Below, in pieces: positions 51,640 to 64,000 of a DNA stretch of 64,000 nt; within the stretch, counting starts at the first letter, position 1, and each line of letters opens with the position of its first letter. The translations under genes and the position numbers were made by a program. The notes beneath the pieces were generated by a model, which saw nothing but the letters and a program-made list of their open reading frames with translations, searched no databases and was not told where the DNA came from. Source of the stretch: Paraphysomonas bandaiensis (Eukaryota; Protista; Chrysophyceae). Where the stretch lies: assembly GCA_965644295.1 (NCBI GenBank), contig CBFFRP010000352.1, positions 248,001-312,000 on the forward strand. The letters are read 5' to 3'.

Positions 51640-52887
51640 ATGTCGAGGACTCCTCTGCTGTTTCTGCTGTGCATATTCGTGTGCACGCAGACGATGCAGG
51701 TGCGTGTGTTGGTCTGAACTTACCGCACTGTATATTCTTATATTCATATGTTACAGATGTGTGAAGGTTCAGTTGGGATATCGAAACTAGATCAGATTAA
51801 TATGAAGCGTGTGTCACCACGATTGTACAACTTAGGCCATAACATCATCAGCTCCACCGATAGAGACATCCAGTCAAGTACGAAGGAAAGCGGTGCTGTT
51901 AAATCGACAGTATTGCCAGTTCTTGCTGCCTCATTTTGCACAGCCGCGGCAATGTACCCTCTAGACTTCATTCGTGCACAGCAGATGGCATTCCCAGAGC
52001 AGTGGAAGGACACAGGAGCAGCTGATCTTGTTCGTGGTGTGTTGGCCACGCACGGATACAAGGGCCTATTGACCCAGGGTTTGGCTCCTGAATTGGGTCG
52101 CGCTACTCTATCACGGTTTATCAAGTTTGCTCTGTACCCAGCAGTACACAAGATAATATCAGGACGACCTGCCAGCGAGGGTTCCCTGCTTACTCGGGCA
52201 GCCGCGGGAGGCCTCACGACTGTGCCGGAGTTACTTGCTGTACTGCCTCTGGAACTTTTAAAGGTAGCCCTGCAACTGGACACCGAAGGTAAATACGAAA
52301 ACAGCATGGTGCGGGCTTTTCAGCATCTTTATTCTACGCACGGTCCACGACTATTGACTGTAGGGTACTTGGCTATGCAATACAAACAAGCCTCCTGGGC
52401 ACTGGTTTACTTCGCTTCGCTGGTGTTGTACGAACGACTGGTTATTTGGGCTATGTTGAGTATCTGGAGTGCGGCTCGTTGGGTTATCGGCAGACGTGAG
52501 GCGGAGCTTTACGGAGAGGCTTATGGATGGACAGACCAAGACCAGGAGCTCTCATCAGGTGGAAGAGCATCAGCAAGGGCCGTGGCAGGATTCTTTGCGG
52601 GAGCCACCGGAGCTCTTGCGAACACTCCTGGTGATGTTGTACGCACTATGATACAGAAGCGGTTCCTTAGCACCGGCGGATCGGTACCTGAATGGGTTGG
52701 ACTCGGACAAGTAGACATTCACATGAAGGTGTTGCGCGGTTTGATTGAGGAGGGGGGATGGCAAGCCCTATACAATGGACTCGTGTGGAAAGCGCTGCAT
52801 ATGGGAGGAGTCGGTGCTTTGATGGCTCTTTTAGTTCCTCTTTTTTCAGCCCTGATGAATCCATCCCATCCACAAGTTGTGTTTTAG
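51640..52887 (+). CDS. Mitochondrial carrier family (SLC25) protein with N-terminal signal-peptide-like leader
   Basis: Three Px[D/E]xx[K/R] motifs (YPLDFIRAQ, LPLELLKVA, TPGDVVRTM). Exon 1 MSRTPLLFLLCIFVCTQTMQ joins the 51748 ORF through a phase-0 GT-AG intron. Confidence 0.85.
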
Positions 52888-53253
52888 CAGTTTTGAGCTA
52901 TGTGGAAAATTCTTTATTCTAACCCGACTGCAGTAGCTTGTTTTGTACCTCAAAGTAACAATTAGATATATCCCCACTTGGTTCCATATTTTTCATATAT
53001 CACACACTTCTAATTAAATTGCACACTGGCAAAATCTCTTTTAGCATTTTATATTTGTTCAGACACAAAGCATACAAGCTTACTACTATATAATAGTATA
53101 GGAACAACTCAATCTAGTTTAAACTCGACTATTCAGAGATCTATTGCTTTCAGCCAAGATAGATTCAGAGCAACGACAGGGAGCTGCAAGCCGATTTTCT
53201 TAATTGAAGTAGGAGTATAATTTAGAGGTCAAATATTTGTCACGAATGCGGCA

Positions 53254-56200
53254 TTATTTCCTGAAAGTGATACTCTTATCATTCCACGCATACGCGTTCT
53301 TGTACTTATCGAATAGTACTTTCGTTTCTCGCATATAAGCTTCATGATACTCGTTTACTAACTCCGCCTGATATATCGATTATTTTAATAACAGTCAATT
53401 TATTAACTTACGGATGGGTTACTGTCATGTGGACACTGAATTGGCCTGACAAAAAATTAGAAAATAGACGGGACATGACCCATCATCATACCTTCCAATA
53501 ACAGTGAGTAGGGGTACTCTCTTCGGTATAGGTAGTCCCCATCTCCCCCAAAACATTAGAAGTGGAACACCCAGTATTCTCGAGATGGAGTGCATAGCCT
53601 TCGGCGTAAAAACCTCCATACACACCTCCCTCACAACCACAGCATAAAGATAAGCAGCAATACCTCGAACAGCTCCCAATTTCCAAACGTATAACACGGA
53701 ACTATTTGAGCACCTGTCTGAATCGCTATTCGAACAAATCCCTTCCGCCCGCACACTTTCAGAACCTCAGTACCGGAGCCGGAGTTCTCAAACATTTCCC
53801 CAATGCCTCCCGGTACTAACAGCACACTCCGACCTGAAAGGAGGTGTGATATCACGACGTGTAAACAGCGCCGTCGTCGTCAGCACCTGAATTTAACGTG
53901 GAGATAAATGTCTTTTTGTCAATAGGACGGCATGACAGAATCTGAGAATAATGTTAAAACCCTACACAATCGCGAAGCAGTACACCTTCAAAAATATGTT
54001 AAATACCGGCATCCAGAATCCAGAACTCGCAACAAGCATGTGGAAGTTTTCCCCAATTATGAATTCATTTACCATGGCCTGTACATGAGCAATAATTCGT
54101 TGGATTGTTGCATACACGTATGTACCTGTAGAGGCTGTGCAAATGGAATCCATCCATGAGGCTCTAGACATCGATTATATTAAACATTTGTATCGTCTAG
54201 ATCCTTACCATGAGCATAAATAGAAACATTTTCTAGATCATGGGGTGAATCTACAATAACCCTGCGGAACTAAAATGTAATGTATATCATAACCAATAAC
54301 AGCGATTTCACCGACCTGTAGCTAAAATAATTTGTAGCACTTTGCATGAGAAGGCTAAGTCGAAACCCAGGCGGCCAACTGTCAAAAACTATGAAGAGGT
54401 ATAATAGATTTCATTCACAATCACCAGTCTGCGGGAACCAAGTAGGCAAGAGATAGTAACACCGTCATTAATGCCACAGATAGCTTCAGAGGAAACAGAA
54501 CAGCACCCGAAACCACTACAACAGAAAGTGGTATGATAATGTATAGTGTTAAAGCGCATTTTCTACCAGCAATGGGAACCCAGAAAAAAACACCACACGC
54601 GAAGAGAAGGTATAATACGTAATATATTCCTTGGTGAGTTGGTAGTGGTGCCTATAATATATCATCATATCATTAAATGAAGAGCCCAATTACAAACCTC
54701 CTGAAGGGCACAAGCGTCTGCAAATCTATGCGTGGAAATATCAGCCGATATCTTGTTGCCGTTGAACCACTACACATCAATAACAAGACAGCATACTTAT
54801 ATCATACATAATAACCTGCTCAGGGAGACGTCCTGTCACCGTCCGCTTGCTTCTCTTCTGTTCCCGTAAGTGAGATATAAGTTTCCACACCTGCCATATG
54901 GCAACATATTCAGATGCAAATATTTAGACGACGGTATATTCGTGCCTCGATCATGTATGGCCTGAATGGTAGCTGGCCTCCCATGGAAAGAGCACGGGCG
55001 ATCGACCGCAATGTTGCATCCTTGTCAAACAACACATCATCAGACAACTGGGTCGTGAACTTCCTGTAGAAGTGGTATCAAAAGCAGCAAACTAAAAATA
55101 AAGTCGTACCTGCACAACATCTCCTGAAGCTCTAGCATCTTCATGCTGTCAATGCCTGAATTCATCATACTCACACCAGTGTCAATAGTGCAAATGAAGC
55201 ATCGTACCAAAGGAAGCCAGCGGTTTGTCAGGTGACAGCTCGCTAAACGAGCCCAAGTCAAGTAGGTTTGATACAGATTTAATTACAATGTCCCGCACTT
55301 CTTCTTCAGTCATACCTTCTGGATCAACGGCATCTTCATACCGTGTAACCTACATATATACTAAAAGACGCACGATAACATTTTCGTAAGTTATTACGTC
55401 GGTGGCGTCAAGTAGAGAATTCGACTCATGCGCAGCTATAGTGCTCTTTGTGTAGGAAAATTCATCTGAATAATTGTGACAATGTATGCCTCATCCAATA
55501 TTAAATACCTATCACTGGCAATATCTTCCCAGCTGCTGATGTATCCACATAATGAATGATATTAAGTTTCCCTTCAAGGTAAGCTTTGCGAGCCCATCTT
55601 CTGGCAACTTTACCGGACGTAGTCTTCGGAAGAGAGCGAGGCTACATCAAAGTAATATGAGCAGTGATAAATGAGGAACATACATCTTACTGATATCAGA
55701 ATAACCGTACTAGGAGTTATTCCGTGCTCTCTCCCAGTCTGACGTACCATGCGGTCCACAATACTGTCAAAGATATCAATGTTTTTGAGATAATCGTCCC
55801 GAATTTCTGCAACCACTACTACCCTCTAAAAAAATAATAATACATCAGCTGAAACTTCCTTTCTTCTTCCCAATACCTCTTCCTTAGAGCTTGGAACACT
55901 GAATGCACCAGTACAACCGCTTCTGCAGTCCACAAGTAACAAGTCGCAAGCAACGGAACAATAATATTTACCCACCTTAGCTCCGGACAGGCAGCTTCAC
56001 ATGATCTTTCTATGTCCTGAGGAAAATGATTTCTACCACGCACTATAATAACATCTTTGCATCGTCCGCATATATATAACTCTCCGTCATGAAAAAAACC
56101 GAGGTCACCTGCAGATAATAGTGTGGAAAGAATTGAGAAACACGGAGCTCATTTCAATTAGTTCACCTGTCCGTAAATAATTATTCGAACCAGAATCATC

Positions 56201-58201
56201 TGAGAGTTTGGCCATGAAGTCCTATAAATAATTACACGAAGTCCATAGCAATATGCTTACGAGAATATACCTCTCGGTCAGCATCAGAGAGGGAACAACC
56301 TTTCCAATAACCATACGCTGTGGACCCTGAGGCAATCCACACTTCGCCAACCTGCACCCCATATAACTATAGTCACTCTTCTCATCCCCACAACTACATA
56401 CCCTCCCAGAGCCTAAATCCTCGAATTTCTGATTTTCATTTTGCGTCACAACCGTTCCAACTATCTGCGATACGTTAGTGAATATATGTCGATTGCATAC
56501 TATAGGAACCTTCACAACTACTCCTGGCGAATCTGTTGGCTTGCCGCATCCCATATGTACAGCAACACCATCGCCGCCATCCTCCCTCACTGTCACCACC
56601 CTGCAGGTGGTGAGAGGTACAGTAATAGACGCATTAGTATCCACCTGTCTTTCTCTAAAATTTGCTTGTCTACCATTATTCGTCCACGACCATTACTATT
56701 ATTGGAATGAAACAAATAGAACACATGAAAACAGAGTACAAATGCGGCTCACCACACCTGCAGACGAAAACGGTATGTTCCGCTAGGCCATATGTAGGAT
56801 ATATAACTTCTTTTCGTAACCCATGTTTGCAAAACACTGCACAAAACGTATCAATAGATGCTGCACGAACAGGTTCCGCTGCGCTAATCATGTGCCGGAC
56901 ACAGGATAAGTCTATTGGCAATAAAGTCGCCTTCTCCCTGCTTCCCCTACACACATGTCAGAAGTTCATTGTGCATAAAGAGGAGTCTCACATCGAAAGA
57001 AACTTTCTCGCTGTCAAAGCAAAAGCAAAATCAGGTGCTTGAGAGTGTGTGCAATGATACCGTGACATTGCCACAACCCACAACACAGGATTCCGAATAA
57101 ACGTTAACGGTGACATGTAGTACCCAGTTCCCCCACACCACAAAAGACCAAGATAAGAACCTACTCATTGCACTTAGCTCAACTCCAAAGTTGTAGTTAC
57201 GTACCAATAAGTCCCATCTACAGTATGGTACATAAATTAAACAGCGAAAAAGTAGGATTAGAAACTCACATCATGATATTGTGGTAGCCATGACACACAA
57301 ACCGTGTTCTCACTGGAACGTAGACTCCTTGCAATGAGGTCGAGATTGTGATCCAAGTTGTTTACAGTAATAATTACACCCTTAGGGGAGGAAGATGACC
57401 CAGAGGTGAACTGTAAAAAAGCTACATTTCCGTCATTACTTATGACTGGCCTGGATAGTGGTTCACACCTGTTAATTAGATAAGGCACAAGTACAGATAA
57501 TTCGACACATACTCACTTAGCCCCACTTTTTCCCATTGACACTAAACCATCAGTAACTACCCATCGCAGTTCTGGCCATTCTAAACTATGTCCACCGACA
57601 AGCACAGACTGGCAACAAATATCAAAACTAATACATTCAGTCTGCATTGCTCACATGGAGTGAAGCCATTTTCGTCGCAAAATCATAGGCAGAACTCGTG
57701 AGTGCAGCTTTGGCCTCACACGACTTAACAAGATTGGCAAACATCGTGAGGTCTTTATTAAGCCGAGTTGGATCTGGGGGAAACACCGGCACCGCCACTA
57801 CACCAGTCTTAAGACAAGCCAGGAAGGCCAATATGAAGTCCAGCGAAGGAGGGTATACCAGCAACACCCTATCCCCTGGTTTCAATGCAGCCCTGATATA
57901 TATGTATATAAGCCTTTATTCCGATGTAGTGCAAAGCAGAGAGCCTACCCCTGAGCAGACACTAAGTGGTGACCTATGGCGGTGGTGATAGCGTCCACTT
58001 CCTGCTTACACATGATATACGTGAGAAATATGGTGGAGATATACCTCATATGTCACTGCGGCCTCTACATCTCCTTTCTTATCCAGAAACGATAGCGCGA
58101 CCTGCCCATGTAACATGAATGTGTGTCAGTGTCCACAATACTCACTCAACCTTGCTGCCAAACTTCTCCTTCCATGAGTTGATCCTATCCAGTAAAATCA
58201 T
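53254..58201 (-). CDS. Multi-exon fusion: fatty acyl-AMP ligase (FAAL) + acyl carrier protein + DGAT2/MGAT-family acyltransferase
   Basis: FAAL: PGDRVLLVYPPSLDF, AFLQFTSGSSSSPKGV, SWLPQYHDMGLIG, AAEPVR, YGLAEHTVFV, insertion RIMVDKQILEKDRVV, YLRTGDLG, GRNHFPQDIE, PKTTSGKVAR. ACP: PDKPLASFGIDSMKMLELQ..TLRSIA. DGAT2: TM segments, YFSYR, HEPHG, LVPGGIGE, RKGFVRIAIQTGAQIVPCYTFG, GRWGLPIP, VIGRPI, YHEAY..LFDKYK. Confidence 0.82.
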
Positions 58202-58740
58202 GTGAAATGAGTGCACCTCTCTGATGTATATGTATATATATGGGAGATTTAATGTATGAGAAATATGCAGTCTCTCACTTCACTTCACTTCACTTCACTT
58301 CTTCAACCAACTGATAAATGTTATGAAGTGTGCAAGATACCATATAGAAAGATATAGAGACTCCCATACCATACACACATCAGGAGAACACACATACAGT
58401 ACCATCATACCATACAAGTGGCAGTGTGTGGTACAGTATATTCCATTTTTGAGCAAAACATAGAATAAAAAATAGCGTTAAAAAGCAGAAGTTAAACATC
58501 ATACAGCGGTATACCAGTATATTTTATTCCCAAACTGGTATTTTTTAATTCTATATGCTCTATATACACTCTGTATACAGCACCAATAACACCATTGAGT
58601 ACAATACACTATACAGCTGTGTCTGTAGCTTATACGAAGTGTGCGATGTGCAATAGACATGCATAGATAGAAGCCTGCTCACTGGTCAGAGTGCAATATT
58701 ATTATTTATTAAAAATAGTTGCACGAGTTATCAGTGCAGT

Positions 58741-61051
58741 ATGTCGCTGGATAAGTTAGTCGCTGAGTATGAGTCACGGCTGAACAGGCTCCGACACTGG
58801 CCTGACAGGGAGATTATACACGACCTGACTGCATTTGCTGTACACAATGAGCATGCAGCCAATCACATTGCAGATATATTGATATCTCGCATTATTGATG
58901 TCAGTATTGTATCATAATATTCACATTTCTTCCGTTTAATGTCACTATCTCGCAGCCGTCTACTAACCTTGCATTCAAAGTCCCTCTGTTTTATCTCGTC
59001 GACTCCGTTATGAAGAATGGCAGTCCGCGATATGCCAATTTGTTTTCTTCACACATTGTGGTTGTCTTTCAACGGACATTTGTAGAGGTAGAGAGTATTG
59101 TTGTTTTTTTTGGCTTCTGACGAGTTGCATTACCTACACAGTTGAATGATATTGATAAGGCTCGACTGGATTTCTTGCTGAGTACTTGGGAAGAACGCGG
59201 AATACTACCTCCAAATATGCTAATGGCTATGCGAGACTGTATTGGCACCCGTATCGTGAATTTTATCCCGCCTGCTATGCATGCTCCTGTTGCACATGGC
59301 CCGGGACACTTCAGATCTCCCAGAGGACAGGAGCCGCCAATGGGTGAGTGGCGGGGAAGGGACCATCGCGGAGACTGGGATAGAGAAAGAGGCCACGATA
59401 GGAACAGGGAACATAGTAGGGATCGTGACGGAGAGCCATATCCTAGACAGAATCCACGGTTTCCGCGGGATCTCAGTGCTGAGCGTGATCGTTCCAGGGA
59501 CCGTGAGGAGAGGAGGCCTAGAGGTGGAGCACCTGGGCCAGGCATAACACCAGATTTACGAAGAGCAATGGAATTTGAACTCGACAAGGTATGTATTGTT
59601 ATGTCTATCTATGTAAATTCCATGCCACTTTCTGATTATGGGATAGATGTACACTGCTATGAGGTCAAAGGATCGACTTCCTCTCGAGCAGTTGAGTATG
59701 ACGAATCCAGAGCTTTACATGGAAATTAAGCACCGTGCTGAGATGACACTCAATGCTCAGAGATCATCTAGAGAAGAGCAATCAATGAATCTTGTCAACG
59801 CTTTTATTTGCGAACATCCAGTAGTAGTTGATATATCTGTTGCGGAGAATTTAGTGAAACGACTCAGGGACTGGGATTCGAATCGTGATGATGAGGCAGC
59901 GCTAGGATGCCGAGAGGCTTCACATATGATAGCGAAGCGACTGGAATCACTTCTTCCTACAGTAAAAAGCCCTCCTCCCATTCCTGATGTCGTCACAGGT
60001 ATGAGTATAGTTGATGTGCATATGTGATGGCTTTCGATATGCGACTCGGAGTGTAACAAATCGATGCAGGCCCTTTATCTGACAAGATACTCAAGCAACG
60101 TGAGGCAGAAGTTATGAAGGCTGAACCCGTGGTCAAATTACCTGTACCGAAGTTCAGGTATACGCAAGTGAATTTATACGTTTAGGAGTAAATTTAATTC
60201 GGCAGGGTGGATCTGTTATCCAAACCTCCTAAAGACGCTCTGAAAGCACTTTACGAGGAGAGATCTTTCTACTGCAGACAGGTATTGTTCATATATTTTG
60301 CACGATAACTATTCTATGTTACCTAATATATTACTTATAGGATGGATCTAGATTCAAATCACAGGCCGATTTGGCGTCACATCTGGACCACCTTTTCGTC
60401 AAGAACCAGGAGCGACAACGTCGGGAGGGTAAAATGACCTATCGCCCGTGGTACTGCAAGGAAACCCAATGGATCACAGATTTCGGGTCATTACGTGTGG
60501 GGGAAGATGGAGTTGGGGAAGGTGGACAAGAGTCAAAAGAGGCCGGGGAAAATGACAGCGAGGAGGAGATGGTAGTACCGGCAGATGAGCATTTCACCCG
60601 CTGTCCAGTATCGAATGAAGCCTTCTTGCCAGAGTGGGATACAGAGGAAGGCGATTACATGTACCGCAATGCCGTTAAGGTCTTGGTCACAGAAGTAGCT
60701 GATAAAAACCTTTTTGGATTATGTCAAGTTACCTCGCACCCATTGATTCGGTATGCCATAGTTCATCAAAAACTAGTTATGGAGGGGTGGCTCAGCAGTG
60801 GAAAAGCGTTGACTCTACGAGATGCCTTTGAAAAGATCAGCAACAGGTACGGTGAAGAAGACAGGAGAACGATGGTAATTCGTGACGCTTTCGTGATGGC
60901 TGCTGGGGAGGACGAAGACGAAGAAGACATTTTTGTGTTGGTGGAAAAAAATAGCGGTGAAATAGGATCGGCTGTATTGTCTAGTTCACTGAATGATAAT
61001 GGTCAAAATGCGGAATCTGATGCTGGTGCAGAATCTAAAATGGATGACTAA
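58741..61051 (+). CDS. PCF11: Pre-mRNA cleavage/polyadenylation factor PCF11
   Basis: N-terminal CID (IIHDLT, KVPLFYLVDSVMKN, LLSTWE), an RD/RE-rich region, then LYE..C..DG.RF..HLDHLF..R.WY and VPADE..CPVS.E.F..WD.EE..YMYRNAV. Confidence 0.85.
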
Positions 61052-62629
61052 TCAGGTTTATTTTTAAATGGAACGGATCAGCGAGCTGATGTCATGTTTG
61101 TTGATATAATGTATCAGTCGTAAAGTATCAGATACAGGAGTAGCTTAAGGTCTAAGAATAGTTTGCTGTTTCATTTTTAAGGCACCGTGTTGGTTACTGG
61201 GTAGCAGCGTATGTACGTTAGAATGAAATTGTTTTGTCAGATAAAAATCATTACCAAACTTGAAACTTCCTGCTTGAAACAAGGTGTGGATTTAAGACTT
61301 ATGTTGTCAAATTTTCTGTCATATATGATATATGGCTATATAAGAGATTACCATTCTTATTGGTATTGGACAAGTAGTACTTATACATTATACAGAGACC
61401 ATTAGCTTACTACTTTGATATCATGGTGAGGTACCCACTTCCACAACCATTTTAAACCAGGGCTAGAAACAACATATTGCAATACTATTGTTTATTGTTA
61501 GATAGCGTTCCATCAATACTATTGATGGAGATTTTAAACAGACTCAACAATACAATTACAATATATTAGTATGACTTATTAGTAAGTAAACGCATCCGTA
61601 GTATTAGTCATTAATATTACATGACAGCCAAATCCACTACTGCTTATACTATAAACAATCGATGCACCACTTTTTACTATGTAAATACAACTACTCGTCA
61701 ACATCTCTGCTATTTCAATGGTGCTGAAGTGGCATCTTTAAAACAAAACACGTTATGCTGCTAAATTAGAACATATACCACGGCGTGATGTTCCAATTGC
61801 AATCACCGGTAGTGGCGTGGTATATACCTCAGTCAAATAAATATCTGCACACGCCGTCACAAATCTGTGAGGGTAACACTAAATAGTCCTTCCAGGTGGT
61901 GATAGTAAACGACTTCTCGATATCGGTGACCACCATAACAACAGAAATTACTCTTAAAACATACCACTTATTCAGTGAGCACTCAAATCCGAAAAAAATA
62001 ATAGTGAAACCATTCTGTATGTATGTATGTAGGTGTCCATATACATGTATGTACCCGTTGTATGACACCTCATAGTAGATTTATTCGTGTGCCGAGCAGG
62101 TGATTGGCCACTCTACCTATACTGTCATTAATATTCATGCAAATATCACTAAAATATTGCTTTCTCTATAGTTGTAACGTTATTCAATTGTGTAACCACT
62201 GCACCCCTCTCAGAGGAGCAGAAGAGTTGTGTATCTTCAATATCCAACTGCCATGTTTATTATCCTTCACACACAGTGCAGTGTATCATATCCATGTCTG
62301 TGTTCTTCTACACACAACTGTATGATGTGTGCATTTTTCCATGAGGAGCAGCACATCCATAAGGTTGAGTGGTGTATACCAATAAAATATTGAGCCAATA
62401 GTATCTTTCCTAATAGGTATTAATCTGTTTGATTGGATACCAGTAATGAATGATCAGCAGATAAGCCATTGGGCTGTTTTTGTATAGTAACATCTCAGCA
62501 CACTGACTTCTGTCTTCGTATTGGTTGCATTGAGGGCTGAGAGAACTATATGCATGAGTAGGCACTGCCCGTACATAATTAATTACATTAACTAGAGCAT
62601 AAGAGCCTCTATATATTTACTTCTATAAA

Positions 62630-64000
62630 ATGTCAGGATCGACAGCATTGTATGCACCGTATCGTGCTATAGGTTATGTTACAGACGGAGTGCCATTCAT
62701 AGTAAACCATCTCGGTGATGAAATATTTCTGTTGTTTTCTATCGGAAAATCATTTCAGGTGATGAATGGATTGCTGTTAATCCCTCCATATCTAATTGTT
62801 CCTATAGGTCTTCAAGGCAGATCATTTGAATTCATGTTTGGTATCGCAGCAGCTGCCAGATAGCATATCAGCAATAGAGGTTGCTGCCTTATTTAGCCAT
62901 TGCTTCACTCCACTAAACGGATTTATTCTGATGTCTTGCAGGCGATTGGCCACGAAACATATGCTGGTGTTGGAAAAAGTATATATGTGTTCTACCGTAC
63001 CAAAATTGTGCGCCAATATAACGAACACGACGACGACATCATTGGATTCGTTGTCGTTGGAAAGATTCTTCTGTCCTACTCAGCGGACAATGTTATCAAG
63101 GTAATCATAGTCTGACGTAATAATTGGCATATTTAAGAAGCTATGTAATTAGATTATTGATACAAAGGCCAGAGAAGTTATTTCCACAATTGAACTGATG
63201 CAGGAGTCGACTTTACGTTGTGTGATTCATCCAGCTACATATCTCAATAAATTTTTACTCGGTTTTGAGAATGGCCATATCGAACTGTGGAATATGCGCA
63301 GGAAGGCCTTGATTCATTCTTTTCAAAGTCATATATCGTACTTTTTGTCTTCTAGAGATGATGGAGGAGGTAATCATTGGAACAAGTGTTATCCGATACG
63401 TGTTCACTGTAACTGACTGCAGTACCTGCTGTACTATGCATGGAGCAATCTCCTGCATGTGACGTCGTTGCTATCGGATTTTCCTCGGGTGATATTTTGC
63501 TTATGAATATTAAACAAGACAAGGTACGTCTTGTGATTTCTTGTTTCACTAAAATGACGCGCGACCAAATTGCAGGTGCTCTTTTCTTTTCGGCAGCAGA
63601 GCAGTGAATCTGATTCTAGTAGAGGATCTTCTTCAGCAGTGACCTCGATATCGTTCCGCACGGATGGGGCAGCCGAAAAGTTCCCCTATATGGTATCGGG
63701 AAGTGCTGACGGTCGGGTTTTCGTTTGGCACCTTGGATGCCCAGACAAACAGGACGAGCCTAGACGCCTAATGCTGACCATAGATGACGCACATGGTGCC
63801 TCGCTGCCGACAAATTTAAACTCACGCTTATGTTTATTGTTTATGTAGCCGCCCGCGTGAGCCGAGTACATTTTCTTCATGGTGAGCCCATTATGATCAC
63901 GGCTGGAGAGGATAATAGTGTCAAGACGTGGATATTTGATGCGCCTGACGGTAGTGCACGCTTGTTGCGTAGCCGTGAAGGTCATCGTGGAACATCGAAC
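62630..64000 (+). CDS. WDR36: WDR36/UTP21 (SSU processome WD40 protein), running off the window end
   Basis: LYAPYRAIGYVTDGVPF, SIGKSFQ, HPATYLNK.L.G..ELWNMR, QSPACDVVAIGFSSG, VTSISFRTDG, DNSVKTWIFDAPDGSARLLRSREGH. Confidence 0.93.

Noticed and set aside
50099-58201. Methyltransferase + carrier + FAAL fusion as a biosynthetic gene cluster
   Set aside because: EEF1AKMT1 is a housekeeping protein methyltransferase, and nothing beyond adjacency links the carrier to the FAAL gene.
61509-61529. Perfect 9-bp hairpin TCCATCAAT-ACT-ATTGATGGA as a Helitron end or terminator
   Set aside because: AT-rich, no convincing CTRR terminus or other element features; likely chance.

Overview
This is eukaryotic nuclear DNA of roughly 40% GC with many short (about 50-60 nt) GT-AG introns. 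The gene content, including a 9-TM cadherin and a signal-peptide-bearing carrier, suggests a stramenopile, possibly an ochrophyte such as a chrysophyte; the taxon is an inference. Most ORF-track entries are exon fragments, so I spliced the genes by hand. Left to right the window holds: an SH3-WW-WW/EML-like WD40 gene; an intron-containing tRNA-Asp(GTC); a roughly 5,600-aa 'Nonagonal'-type cadherin (lectin modules, about 10-11 EC repeats, IPT/TIG repeats, 9 TM); an intronless bacterial-like GNAT; a CNNM/DUF21 transporter; an F-box/Kelch gene; a single gene fusing two cNMP-binding domains, a CAMKK-like kinase and a PP2C phosphatase; a 0.7-kb (TATG)n tract; proteasome beta1; a young non-autonomous Ty1/copia element with identical LTRs nested in a MITE-like inverted repeat; a LINE 3' remnant with related dispersed repeats; EEF1AKMT1/EFM5 (absent from the ORF track); a mitochondrial-carrier-family protein with a signal peptide; a FAAL-ACP-DGAT2 fusion joined by a probable GC-AG intron; PCF11; and the 5' part of WDR36/UTP21. 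The best candidates for an undescribed system are the FAAL-ACP-DGAT2 protein (a possible CoA-independent neutral-lipid assembly line) and the cNMP-kinase-PP2C fusion. All gene models are manual and lack transcript support.
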